From NCBI GenBank assembly GCA_020137815.1, contig CM035362.1, positions 1,426,001-1,490,000 on the forward strand: DNA of 64,000 nucleotides. Direction: 5' to 3'. Origin of the DNA: Hormiphora californensis (Eukaryota > Animalia > Ctenophora). Positions 44,801-57,465 of this stretch are shown here, in pieces. The notes under the pieces are model-generated. The model made no database searches. It was not told the DNA's origin and saw only the letters and a program-made list of their open reading frames with translations. The stretch's first letter is position 1; each line of letters begins with the position of its first letter. A program made the translations under genes and the position numbers.

Positions 44801-47252
44801 CGTAGCCGCTCAAGAGCAACAACATCCCTCTATCTCACCGCCTTGCGGGGCTGAGACAGCCTCAAATAAGAAGAATTCACTGGGAGGGATCGTTTATAAA
44901 GCTATGATTACACTGTATGGCGGCGCCATACCCCATTTAATTCTGAGCGTGCGACAGTGCGCTCAGATCGGGTCGGCGGCGCCAGACAGTGATTACAAAA
45001 CTCTATCGGATTGACATAATGGACCATTGTTATACGACCAGCTAAATAGTTTTCCTTTTTAGGCTACTCAGACTCGCCTACTAAGATGGTATTCGTTAGT
45101 AAGGCCAGCACTATTATCCGCCTCATTGGAGACGCCAAGAATATCAACTGCCAATTTGTCAAGGTAAGAGCTGCTGTGTAGTCAGGTGGAAGAAGGTTAT
45201 GGGCGTAAGCTGCTGTAGTCAGGAGGTTATGGGTTGATTGAATCATGCAGCATCATTTGGGCTAGTAATAACGATGTCTGATCTTCAAAGAAAATATGAG
45301 AATATAATGTCATGCCATCTTCTTACTTTGCAGGAGGGTGAGACCCAGGTGACCTACATGGGCAAGACAAACACGACCGTCGGAGGACGAGCCTGTCAGC
45401 GGTGGACTGAGACGACACCCCATTTCCATACCAAGATGCCAGAGAGGTACCCTGACGCTGGACTTGGAGATCACAACTTCTGTCGAGATCCCGATGGCAC
45501 TGGTGAGTAATGAACGTTAATAATTAAGTAATTGTATTAACTGATTATGTTAATTGGGTGTCAACTTATTGTGTATTAACCAATCTTATTAACTGGGTGT
45601 TATCCAATTGTATTAACTGGGTGTTAATTAATTGGCGAGTGACAATAACTCTTTCCAGGGAAACTGTGGTGCTATACCACCGATCCTGCCAAGCGATACG
45701 AGTTCTGTGACATTGCCGAGTGTAGCGAGGAAGAGGTAAGTTCTGTGAAATTGCCGAGTGTAGCGAGGAAGAGGTAAGTTCTGTGACATTGCCGAGTGTA
45801 GCGAGGAAGAGGTAAGTTCTGTGACATTGCCGAGTGTAGCGAGGAAGAGGTAAGTTTTGTGACATTGCCGAGTGTAGCGAGGAAGAGGTAAGTTCTGCCA
45901 CATTGCCGAGTGTAGCGAGGAAGAGGTAAGTTCTGTGACATTGCCGAGTGTAGCGAGGAAGAGGTAAGTTCTGTGACATTGCCGAGTGTAGCGAGGAAGA
46001 GGTAAGTTCTGTGACATTGCCGAGTGTAGCGAGGAAGAGGTAAGTTCTGTGACATTGCCGAGTGTAGCGAGGAAGAGGTAAGTTCTGTGACATTGCCGAG
46101 TGTAGCGAGGAAGAGGTAAGTTCTGTGACATTGCCGAGTGTAGCGAGGAAGAGGTAAGTTCTGTGACATTGCCGAGTGTAGCGAGGAAGAGGTAAGTTCT
46201 GTGACATTGCCGAGTGTAGCGAGGAAGAGGTAAATTCTGTGACATTGCCGAGTGTAGCGAGGAAGAGGTAAGTTCTGTGACATTGCCGAGTGTAGCGAGG
46301 AAGAGGTAAGTTCTGTGACATTGCCGAGTGTAGCGAGGAAGAGGTAAGTTCTGTGACATTGCCGAGTGTAGCGAGGAAGAGGTAAGTTCTCTGGCATTGC
46401 CGAGTGTAGTGATGATGAGTAACTCATCATATCCTCAAGTAACTCACTCTATCACTGTTTTAGTAACTCACCCTATCCTCAAGTAACTCACCTTAACTCA
46501 CTTCAGTAACTCACTCTATCACTGTTTCAGATTGATCAGATGTCAATGTGTGACGATGTTGATTGTGGCGAGGGAGGAGAGTGCTTCTTGACCAATGACG
46601 GCAACACTGCCTGTCTTTGCAAATTTGGGTAGGTATATACCAAGATGAGTCTGTCATGAGTCTGTCATTTCATAACATTCTCCAATTTTCCATACAATAC
46701 AATTATACTCCCGTACAAAAGTTAGTTTAGTGTTCAAGACCCCATTACTCTGACTAAAGATCATTAGAGATTCATGAATCTAGCCCCCAACTCTATCCCT
46801 CCAGATTCATGAATCTAGCCCCCAACTCGCTCCCTCCAGATTCTTGAATCTACCCCCCCCAACTCTATCCCCCAACTCTCTCCCTCCAGATTCATGGGTC
46901 TCAACAACACGTGTGTGGATATCAACGAATGTAAACGAGAGGGTGCATGTGGTGAACTTGCCAGCTGCGTCAACTCCGCCGGTAGCTACTCCTGTGTCTG
47001 TCCCGATGGGTACTATTACAATGGGCGGGAGTGTGAGGATAAGTCTGACCTGCCCGATGGTGATTTGTGTTACATTCCCGAGTTCATCAAGACTCCTTAC
47101 AAGAGGTACTTGGTGTTTCACTTTTTTTTTTCTTTTTTGGATCGTCCCCGTGCTAACATTTGTCACTCCCTGTTACACACCATGTATCCTGGCCATGCAT
47201 TTATGTGTGTGGTGTTTCACTGGCATGACGTCATTTAGGTTTATTAGGTATT

Positions 47253-47307
<55 letters not shown>

Positions 47308-50168
47308 CGAAGCTAGACTAGCTCTGAGCGATATTTTGACTCCATGTGAGCTCGCTCCCTAAATGACATATCTCATATTTACATTGCCAGGTACGATATT
47401 AACCTGGGAGAGAAGGTGATTATTGACTGTGAGGGAGATGATGGAGAAGAAGTGTACTGGACCAAGGGACTTGATGGTGAGAGCTTCATTAGGGTGACGT
47501 GTAGTGTCTAAATATTATAGTTCACTCGCCTCTCACGCGATCTGACCCTGTCTCACCTTGAGTCCCCTTACACCCCTTACTCAACAAGTATCACCGCACC
47601 CTACAATTGTAATGGAGTGTTAGAGCAGTTCATTTTTGCAGGTATTGAGATTAATGGGACACGAAAGGACAAGAGTTCTACCCTTCAATTCAACAAAACT
47701 CGACGAGCTGACGTTGATGTTTACAGGTGAGAGAAACATATTAATACAGGTGAGAGAAACATATTTCATTCAAAAAGGACGTCCAGGGGTGGGGGAGGTA
47801 GCCAATTTCGGACATCTCTGGACAGGAGCCGAGAGGGGGAGGTCTTACCGTGTTTAATTGATATCGTGTTGAAACTGTACCGTATGCTCACTACAAGCAC
47901 CCATGTAAGAGCTTATATAACACATTCCGATCCCAATTGAACTTATATATCCAGCAAATATATGATTTCTTGACAGGTGTGTCTTAGTAAACAAGTGTAC
48001 CGAAAAGACAAGAATCTCGCAGGTGGATATTCACGCTAAGGTTGCACCATGCAAGGGTATGTAATATCAATTGATTTAAGGGTATGCTATGCACCAATAA
48101 TACATGGCTATATACTACTGTATAAAATTATTAGTATTAGGGTGATCCATAATGATTGTCACTTGGGGTTTTCACCAAGAAAGGCCAGTCAGAATGATCT
48201 GAGACTTGTTTTATCCGATTCAGGAGACAAAATAGAGTCAATTTGCATAATTATCGTCTTGTTTTAGAGTATTTTTCCAAATTTTTTCCTTGAATTAGAA
48301 ATTTTGGTTTGAGATGCGTCTCCCCTACCACTTTTTGGGCTCCCAGAGCCAGGAAAACGTTGAAAATCGTCTAAAAACTTCACTAACAGATAGTGGCAGT
48401 AATACTTAAACAGAAAATTAAACGTTTTTTGTTGCCAGTTGAGGCTTGTTTGGTGTAGGTGCCAAAATATTCGAAAAAATAGGAAAATTTTGGCCTGAAA
48501 ATCAGTCATTTTGGAGATCGGTTGTTAGGAACCGTACCTTGAAAAGATAACACGAGATATCATCAATATAATTGTTGATACAGCTTGAAAATGGTTCAAT
48601 CTAAGTTTTCTGATGATTGAAATGTTAATTGAAGATTATTTGGTCTGGCAAGCGCCGCCGGAACTCGAAAAACTGAAAATTGACATTGTTTTCTAAAATC
48701 CTTGCCAGCGCCGAGTTTTAAATCCTTTTTGCAAGTTTTTGGGCCCATTTCAAAGTTAAGACTATGGTTGTAGATCATAATTTGGTTTCATGTCAATTTA
48801 CCCTAAGACTTCGACGCCACAACATGAAATGTGTCACCCTATTTTTTGACGCGAGACGGCACCTTCGATTACACTTTTTGTTTCGGGTGTCAAGGTGGCG
48901 ACGTATATTCATCAACAAAATGAAAACTGCTTTCCAATAGCAAAATGTCCATACTAAACGGTAGAATAGGTTTTATTTGGTCCTGACTCGAAATCTGGGA
49001 AATAATGGCCAAGTGACAATCATTATGGATCACCCTAATATCTAGCATTATTAATCATTGTTATTAATCATTGTTAATACCAAATTGTAACACCAATAAT
49101 TTTGATAGAGGCCGGAATCCAGAAGTATGGTATGGTTTGGGACGCTAAGGATTGGGACAGTGCTTTTGGTTACTGTAACTCCTTTGGGCTCAAGTTTGCA
49201 GTACCAAGATCCAAATCAGACTCCAAGACCTTCATCCAGGATGCGTGGAGGTCCTACCATGTCAACCCCAATGGCAAGAAGTTCAGGGATACCAACTGGA
49301 TCTGGGTAGCGGCTAACGACAGGTAGCAAATAAATGACAAATGGTTACTTAACAATTATAGAGCTGGTCGGAAAAACCACACGCTAAATTATTATAGTAA
49401 GACCACGGAGGTCTCAGAAAAAAGGCCAAAGATTCGATGTGTGATGTTAGTGAACTACGCACTAAACTCCTTACCTACTCTCTCACCCTAGCAGCCTGTT
49501 AAGGGTACGATGTCCCCTCTCTTTTTTACTAACGTAGCGCGCACCACGCAATATCGTGAGAGAGGACAGTGCAGGAGGGAGAGCCCGACCAGCTCACACC
49601 CTATCGCACACTATCACTATCTGGTAATCACCCTATATCACCCTACACAAGGTTGGAGGAGAATGAGTTTACTGATGTTGACGGTGTATCCCTGATGGCC
49701 CCCAAATGGTGGCCCTCTAACCCTGATAACTGGAAGGGACTCGATCCACGAGGTAATAATAATCATAATAACCAGGAGACTTGATGGTGAGAGCTTCATT
49801 AGGGTGGTGTAGTACCTAGTACACTTGATCCACGAGGTACACTTATAGAATTGTCAAATGTGTAAATTCAGATTTAATAACTATAGAAACGAACCATCGT
49901 AAAGTTGCCACCATGTTCTAAACAGCATGACAGCTGAGGTTCACTTCGACACGATAATCACAACACACTTTCGGGCAGGTCATCCGCCAGACGCAGCAAT
50001 CACAAACAAAGGACACCACACCTCAACAAGATTATAAACACAACAATTATGCCTGCAGGTCAAGACGAGATTGCATTCCACTTGTTCTCTGGGTACTGGG
50101 ACGATTCATATGGATTCATCGAGAGGCCCTTCGCTTGCGAGTGTAACTTTGATAAGGAAAGTGCTTGA
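35882..50168 (+). CDS. Secreted mosaic protein: signal peptide - kringle x2 - VWC x3 - kringle - SUEL/galactose-binding lectin - kringle x2 - EGF - calcium-binding EGF - Ig-like - C-type lectin
   Basis: Signal peptide [19 protein letters not shown]; five (H/E)N(Y/F)CRDPD....WC(Y/F) kringle cores; VWC ([14 protein letters not shown]...CCPIC); SUEL (IVSANFG...CDGKSYC); DINEC...[16 protein letters not shown]; Ig-like (VIIDC...VYWTK...DVYRC); CTL ([10 protein letters not shown]...WIWVAAND...WDD...PFACEC). Junctions are phase-consistent, including a 15-nt micro-exon at 38407-38421. Confidence 0.85.
36053..36485. mobile_element. PIF/Harbinger (Tourist-like) MITE with internal ctactatggtag subrepeats
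   Basis: TIRs ggccgggtccagacgagt / actcgtctggacccggcc, flanked by TTA on both sides. Confidence 0.85.
37198..37380. mobile_element. ~180 bp MITE; second copy inverted at ~54092-54272
   Basis: cagtgctgcttgtagt...gcgccctgattgg...gcaagcgaccgtg matches the reverse complement of 54092-54272. Confidence 0.85.
38205..38271. mobile_element. cagtcggaccccgatttaccggg MITE family; other copies ~27155-27256, 54940-55103, 60736-60843
   Basis: Recurrent TIR (ta)cagtcggaccccgattt...ggggtccgactg(ta), variably degenerate. Confidence 0.7.
38556..40320 (-). CDS. Nested antisense gene: probably secreted protein with three WRxDxRCG hevein/chitin-binding-type-1-like cysteine repeats, 5 exons
   Basis: [18 protein letters not shown] (signal-like), an acidic linker, then three repeats of WR(E/K)D(G/L)RCG....L..G.PA.C(D/N)P..P.G..CCS..G(H/W)CG....HC.C..CV.Y. 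Junctions are in phase and the stop is at 38556. It lies wholly within kringle-gene intron 38422-40535. Confidence 0.85.
39198..39446. repeat. ~19-bp minisatellite (gattgaatgcccatataag)n in an intron of the nested gene
   Basis: About 13 visible units. Confidence 0.95.
42498..42880. repeat. ~31-bp minisatellite (acacaaacaataccatataagg[g/a]catcacgtg)n filling a kringle-gene intron
   Basis: About 12 visible units between the donor at ~42482 and the acceptor at ~42896. Confidence 0.95.
45703..46422. repeat. 38-bp tandem array (~19 copies) of an exon 3' end plus its splice donor
   Basis: Unit ttctgtgacattgccgagtgtagcgaggaagag|gtaag. The first copy encodes [11 protein letters not shown] of kringle 5. 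Confidence 0.95.
48137..49038. mobile_element. ~900 bp non-autonomous DNA transposon, TA-flanked (Tc1/mariner-like)
   Basis: TIRs ttagggtgatccataatgattgtcacttgg / ccaagtgacaatcattatggatcaccctaa. No transposase ORF. Confidence 0.85.
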
Positions 50169-50193
50169 TCTTGGATAGAGTATTCCCAGACAG

Positions 50194-50302
50194 CAGGAAC
50201 CGACCGAATCAGGAAATACAGGTCCCTGATTGGCTGATAACCAGTCACGTGACCTAAATCACGAGTTCTGATTGGTTGTTTACTTGGTCCGGTCGGTTCC
50301 TG
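50194..50302. mobile_element. ~110 bp hAT-like MITE; other copies ~44006-44113, 58531-58622 (partial), 63173-63278
   Basis: TIRs caggaaccgaccg / cggtcggttcctg with an exact 8-bp target-site duplication ccagacag. Confidence 0.9.
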
Positions 50303-52650
50303 CCAGACAGGAGATGAAACTCAGAGCGCCTTCTTTGAAAACATCCAGACATGAAAAAGACTTGATTGTACGCTTGATGCGTAGTGAAGGTGCAAACTGC
50401 AATTTGTGTAAATTTTTATGAGCCTGAGTTTAAAACATATTGTCGTTTCTATCATATCTTACTCTTAGGGGCAAATCATACCAAATTGATTTTGGTGCAT
50501 GGAGAGTTGAACACGAACGATACATCCATCCAACTGCAGCCAGTGTGATTTTCCTCTGCTGGAAATCCTTGCGTGAAGATACACCTGGTGTGATTTGCCC
50601 CTTACCATGATTGTATGCAGTATTTATAATTGTATGCGAATCAAGGAGCACCACACAGCACACAGCACAGAAGATAAAATGAGAAACTGCAAGTTGGCAT
50701 AGGGCGTGTGTCAACATATTTCGGAAGGCATTAGACTCTGAAATTAAAGAAAAGATGTGTGCTAGCAGTAGCAAAAAGTTAAGAGTTGTTATGTTCTAAC
50801 CCTCCTTTACATTTGTTTCACGGGCGGGGCGCGCGAAACACAGTCTAGCTAGGCAAGTTAAGAGTACACTTTTATTTTTAGACCGAAATTTCTCCAAACG
50901 GCTATAGCCACGCAACCACATAGCCTATTTAACGCCAAACGGTAACTGATATGATAGATAATCGATAGCATGAACCGATAACCCCAAACGAAACCCTAAA
51001 TTAGGCAGCCCTAACCCTTCTCGATCGCCAAAATGATGAATTGTTAGCAATAGCGGTATCCTGATTTCAGCTTTGTACTTCCAAAACCACAAGCAAGCTC
51101 AAGCTGATTTCTGTCGAAGAACTCCGGCGCCGTTACGTCTTACGATCTTGGTGGTTGGTGGCCTGTTTACAGGTGTAACTGCACGCTGCAAAAAAAGTAC
51201 CCTGCACTGAAATGGCTCTAACTGCCAAACCACTCAACCGTTTTGGCTAATCCACTAATCCAGTGATTGAGTGAGAACCGTAACCTCGTTCTGAGGTGAA
51301 CCATGACTTCAGCGTATGATCAAAAGCCAAAGAAGTCGGAGTTCCGCGGACGGCGGAAGTGTTTTAAAAAGGTGGCATGAATGAAGAAGCTGAAGCTAAA
51401 GTGCGTTTCAAACGACTTGACCCGTAATTCTTGGAATTCGGCGCATCGCGCGTACATATTTACAAAGGGGAAATCCTGTCGGAAAGTGATGCCAATCGGT
51501 GTTGGGGTTAGTGAATAAGGATTAAGGAATCCCACCCTTACTTCACCCTCAGGATAGCCGCGCCTTTAGATAAGAATAATTACGACTATGGCAATGCTGA
51601 ATGCTGAAGTCCGAACACACTCTCATCCTTAATCTTCGAAAGAACGGGACGGGAAAAGGTCAAGCCGGAGGTCTAGCACAAGGTCGGCACAAGGTCTGAA
51701 CACGGTCTGAGGTGAAACAAACAGATTCAAGACTTTATAATTTATTTTTCAAACTCGCGCGGCTCATCAATGTGACTTACCTGATTTTGATTTGCGCGTG
51801 ACTGTGCACTACCTGTGTTCTCGACCTGTGCACTACCTGAACATTTCCGAGTATGCTCATCAGGTCAAGTCGTTTTATTTGAAACGCACTTTATAAGGCC
51901 ATACTGCGCGCTAATTCGCACTAAGCGCGGCACTTACATGCATTTTAGCTCTCCAAACTAAGCGCAATCCAACCAGTACAGCTCAAAACTGTCATTTTTA
52001 TCAAAAATCCTTTGATTTCATTGCGAAATAAAGACACGTATTTTATTGAAGCACGAAACTTGATATAATTACAAATTATATGGAACTTTTTCATCAATTC
52101 CCTTCACTGACACCACACCTAATATCCAGTTTTCTCCTTCACTCTGGATCACTCAGCCATCTCGCGGCGTCGACCCCATTCTCTCCGATTGGGCCGGCGC
52201 CGCCAGACAGAATCTCGGTGTCTCTCCTGCAACGTGCAGCATATATATAATATATATCCCCAAATTTTGTACCAGACAGTGACAACTATAAACCAACATT
52301 GAACATATATCTTCATTCATTAAAACATTATTGACTCTCCCCGATAGAAAGAAGCCCGTCTTAACTTGACGAACTCAACTTCCAGACCCTTATCTCTGAG
52401 CCTTTCAAAAAGGGGTCTGGATTTCCGTGGGACTATCGCTATATCAGAAAGAGTATAAAACGTGATCGTGCAAAACGACAGCAGTAAGGCCTCATATTTT
52501 GAGCCGCTAAAACTGGCCCAAATTTGAACAACATTTTTGGGGAAAAACGGTCAGGTACCGGAAAACAATGACCATGTGTTTGTACAAGAATATATGATCC
52601 CTCGTATCTCATGTTAATTAATTTTCACACACAGACACATTCCTGGTAAA

Positions 52651-52798
<148 letters not shown>

Positions 52799-53290
52799 AA
52801 TATTCTACTTTTGGGTGTCACCCTTGCTTTCGGCTCAGAATAATGTCTAACAGAGTTTGAACGGTGACAAGGGCGTATACCCAGACACATTTTAAAATCG
52901 CTGTCCAACTAGCGAAATCGAAAAAATTCAACGACATTTTACATCAACAAAATACTTTCTTTTTTATTGATGTAATGTACATGTATAATAGACTGCGAGT
53001 GGTGGAAATACACTCATCTCTTGACACTCACAATGACGTAATTCTTCTACATTTGATCAACAAGAATATATAACCAACTGAGCAAAATTTAAAACATATG
53101 ATGCCAAAGAGTTGGTGCACTTCCACTGTTGCAGTCGCTGGTGAATCCTACACATATATTGTATGTATAAAGAAATTGATCTTTTTCCCCACTCTCTCAT
53201 TTAATAATAAAGTCATTTCTCTCTCTCTCTCTATCTGTCTTCCCTGTTCGGAACAGTATAACTTCTCCATCTCCTTCAAATATAGTAGTC

Positions 53291-55493
53291 TCATGCGAGG
53301 TACATGTACACTTTCCTGCGAGGGGAGAATTCTGTTACTGAAAGTGAAACTGAAAGTGAAACTATAAAGTGAAAGTGAAACTGAAAGTGAAACTGAAAGT
53401 GAAACTGAAAGTGAAACTGAAAGTGAAACTATAAAGTGAAAGTGAAACTGAAAGTGAAACTGAAAGTGAAACTATAAAGTGAGAGTGAAACTTGACAGTG
53501 AAACTTAAAGTGAAAGTGAAACTTTAAAGGGAAGTAATTTTGATATCTCCTTCTGGTGATCAACACACACACACACGCCCTCTGTACAACAGTTTAATGG
53601 GGAATCTCACACATACACGGGCAGAACTCGGTTAAGGAGAGATTAATTAGTATTCTGAATAATGAGTTCAGAGCAAGAATTAAATAGGGAAGAAAATCGA
53701 AAAATACTGGGTTTGACCGGGAATTGAACCAGGGACCTCCAGAGAGACATGCTCGGAGCTATAAACCACTAAGCCACCAAACCCTGAAACTTTAAAGTGG
53801 GAGTAAAACTCAAAAGTGAAACTCAAAAGTGAAAGTAACGTACCTATCATTGGGTGATCTGACAAGGTATTCTCTCTCAATAAGACTCTCTATTCGGTTC
53901 TTGATGGAGGATGGCGAAGGGAGGAACCGGGAACGCAATAATCCCGTTACCTGAAGAGAAAGAGGTCAGCAGTTGTGAAACAGAATAATATTATTACTAT
54001 TTAAAACTCACTACTAAATCTCTCCCTAGTTAGAGTAACGAACTCTCTCCTATACCTCAGAAATAACATTATCTCTCCCTAGTTAGAGTTACACGGTCGC
54101 TTGTAGTGGGAAAACGGTAATGGAAAACTGAGATACAGTAGGACGACACGCAACCATGGCCAATCAGGGCGCTAGTACGTGCTGAACACATGCACTTTTT
54201 GCCGCACGCTATGCAACGTGCACGTCTCCTTACTGTATTTCTATTACGGTAATACGACTACAAGCAGCACTGTAACAAACTCTCTCCCATACCTCAGAAA
54301 TAAGAACATTATCTCTCCCTAGTTAGAGTAACAAACTCTCCCATACCTCAGAAATAACATTATCTCTCCCTAGTTAGAGTAACAAACCCTCTCACATACC
54401 TCAGAAATAAGAACATTATGTTCCTGTTCCTTTCGGGCCTTCATTATCCTGACAATTGCTGCTTCAATTTCATGTTTTCGGTCATCATCTACTTTTTGTC
54501 GAGTTTCCTGCCGCTCCGGGTCACTCTCACCCTTTGAGCCAAGTGCTGGGAGAGAGTCATGGGGGTTAGGAGTGATGTACAATTACGGACAATCGTGTTG
54601 TTACCTGTTTGTATTTTTACTCGGAACAACTTGGATGAAAATTGGTCATTTACAGCGAACTCAAACACGTGACACACAACACCATATATGGGCAACACGT
54701 GACACACAACACCGTATATGGGCAACACGTGACATACCTGTTTGTATTTTTACTCGGAATAACTTAGATGAAAATTGGTCATTTACAGCAAACTCATCCT
54801 CCCCTGAGATGTCACGTGACTTGGGATGCTTTAGGAGAACCCTCTGTTGCACCTTACCCACTGATAGGGACAGAAGGGCCCGCTTCAACTCCTGAAAACA
54901 TGCATCAGTTTAGAAATATATATTTCAGATAAATATACATACAGTCAGACCCGGCCCGATTTACCGGGATGCTCGGGGGTTTGCCCGGTAAATTGGGATA
55001 CCCGGAGGCCGGAACATCGGGGTGATATACCGTTAATTTCTTATTTTGGGAGAAGTTTATCGTCCCGGTAAATCGGGGTCCGGTAAATCGGGGTCCGACC
55101 GTATGTCGTCTGAAGTTCGTTTTGATTCCAGCAACCTGAGCATACCGGTACCAACAGACAGTGTAAAATCAGGATGGTGCCAGGAAAACTCACTAACTAA
55201 TAAATTACTCAAAAAATCCAGATCCCAAATTTATCCAGAAATTTCAAATTACAAATCTCACCTTCTCCGGTATGTTGGATTCCACGACGATGTCACTGTA
55301 CTTGTAGGATGATGTCCTGTTGAACAGCATTAACACGCACATTTGGTACGTCGAAACCTGGGGGGGATTTACCATTTATAAAAAGACTATAGATTTGAGA
55401 GGAGTTTAATATTTAGATTATCCAAAATTCACAGAGTAAGAGAAACTATCGCCTGTCACGAACCAATCTTGTCTGATTTCTTACTCAAGAGAG

Positions 55494-55559
<66 letters not shown>

Positions 55560-55628
55560 AGAGATAGAGAGAGATAAAGAGATAGAGAGAGAGAGAGAGA
55601 GATAAAGATAGAGATAGAGAGAGAGAGA

Positions 55629-55674
<46 letters not shown>

Positions 55675-57465
55675 GAGAGAAGGAAAGAGTAGATTAACTG
55701 CGCCCCATTGGCTTCGCATTCAGAGGGAAATTAGGTGCGTTATGACATATAATCTCACGATATATTATAATTTCAGTCTGGGATAATTTAACTCGTCGCA
55801 AAGGAACTTGCGTTGCTCTCGACCCTGTTTTACCGTGCATGGGGAAACAAATGTAAAGAAGGGTTAGAACATAAAGTCGGATTTTTTGAAGTCCCACCCC
55901 AAAATGCACGCACACGTGAAATTTATAAATTTTGACATGCACACCAACCGTGGTTAAAATGTGATGTGATGCACAAAAACGAGCGCACGAGAAGGGGGGG
56001 GGGTTACAACTTCAAAAAATCCTAGTTTAACACAACACGTGACACGTACCTGAAGTATGTGTCTTTTGTTGGATATCTCTCCACTCTCTTTGCGGTGGAA
56101 AAAGTTGGCATGTACGTCAGCGTGTCCCAGATGGGGTTGGAGATTTAGTTGTCTCCCACTGTAGTCCTATAGAAAGGGATGTATGATGTGTGGAGAGAGA
56201 GAGAGAGAGTGAGAGAGTGAGAGAGAGAGAGAGTTTTTACCTTTGATTACCTTTGACAAGGTTTAGCTGAAGTAGCTTGGAATCCACTTTAGTAATGGAC
56301 CCGTTGGAATGTTCCTGCTGGTCTAATAGATAACAACAGGAACACTATAGCAAACAAAGAAGGCAATTTAATGAAATAAATGAAAAGAAGAAACTTAAAT
56401 GAATAGCACTCTCAGTAAGTACTACTGTGTCCCCGAGGAGACCTCCACCACCTCGCCCTTTTTGATCCTAAACGACTTCCCAGGGCTCCGCTCCTTCTCC
56501 TCTTTCAACTTTTTCACAAGGACCGCCCGAGCCGCTCTCTCCTCAGAAGTAAGGTCGGGAGAGATATAAACTCGGGAAAACACTTCACTCTCTCTAAGTC
56601 GTGTCTTCTTACCAAGAATACACGACTGCATCTCCTTACTTGTCAGGGTTAACTTCAGGGGTCTAGTCTGACCTGCTGAAAATCTCCCCAACCGCTGAGC
56701 ACGTTTCACAAGAGGTTTCTCCGCGAGTGTTGTCCACAGCTCCGGTAACAGTTCCTCGCTGTCTCCAGGACTGTCAGTCAGCCCGTGGATGACAATATTA
56801 CACGACCTATCCTCGCTTGCTGCAGCAACAGCCTTCTGGATCCTACTAGGAGCCAAGGCTGTCTCGCATTCCCTCTTTAACGCAGATGAGAAGCTATGAA
56901 TCTCCTCTTTTGCAATAGTCTGTACCTCTGTAATCACTTCCTCTCTCTTCTCCAAGAGCTGCTCCTGCAGTTTAAGTAACTGCTCCTGGGCACCAACTAG
57001 TGCCTTCTGGGCGGAGATAAGATCCTCCTGACGCTCTATGAGCTTCTTCTCTATCTCACTGCACTTCCTAGCTTCATTAAACTGGCTCCTCATTACAGGG
57101 AACAACCTCTCAACCAACAACTTGCCAGTCATCTCCACCCACGCAACTAAATCATTTTTATCCACCTTATCTAATTTGTACTTAGAGGGGGCAGATAAAG
57201 TGTCCCATAAACTCTCCTCTGCACCATTATACTCTGCACTAAACACGCCCGTGGTGGGACGTGCTCCAGCCATCGCAAATAGTTCCTCTATCATCTCCAC
57301 AGTTTCTACATGTACATTTTCCAGCTCTGAGTCACTAATTGACTTGTTGCCACTAACCAAGACTCTAGGACTCACACTCATAACGGTGAAAAGTGACCGT
57401 TACAACTATAAAGATAAGAGACGGCCGATTTTCAATGCACAAGCGATAAGAACAAGCAAGAAAAG

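Noticed and set aside
45566-46430. Three ~250-aa minus-strand ORFs, and a CRISPR-like look of the array
   Set aside because: These are translations of a 38-bp head-to-tail repeat. There are no unique spacers and no cas genes, and the context is a eukaryotic intron.
53709-53784. Functional tRNA-Thr(TGT)
   Set aside because: The anticodon loop is non-canonical and the stems have mismatches; kept only as tRNA-like.
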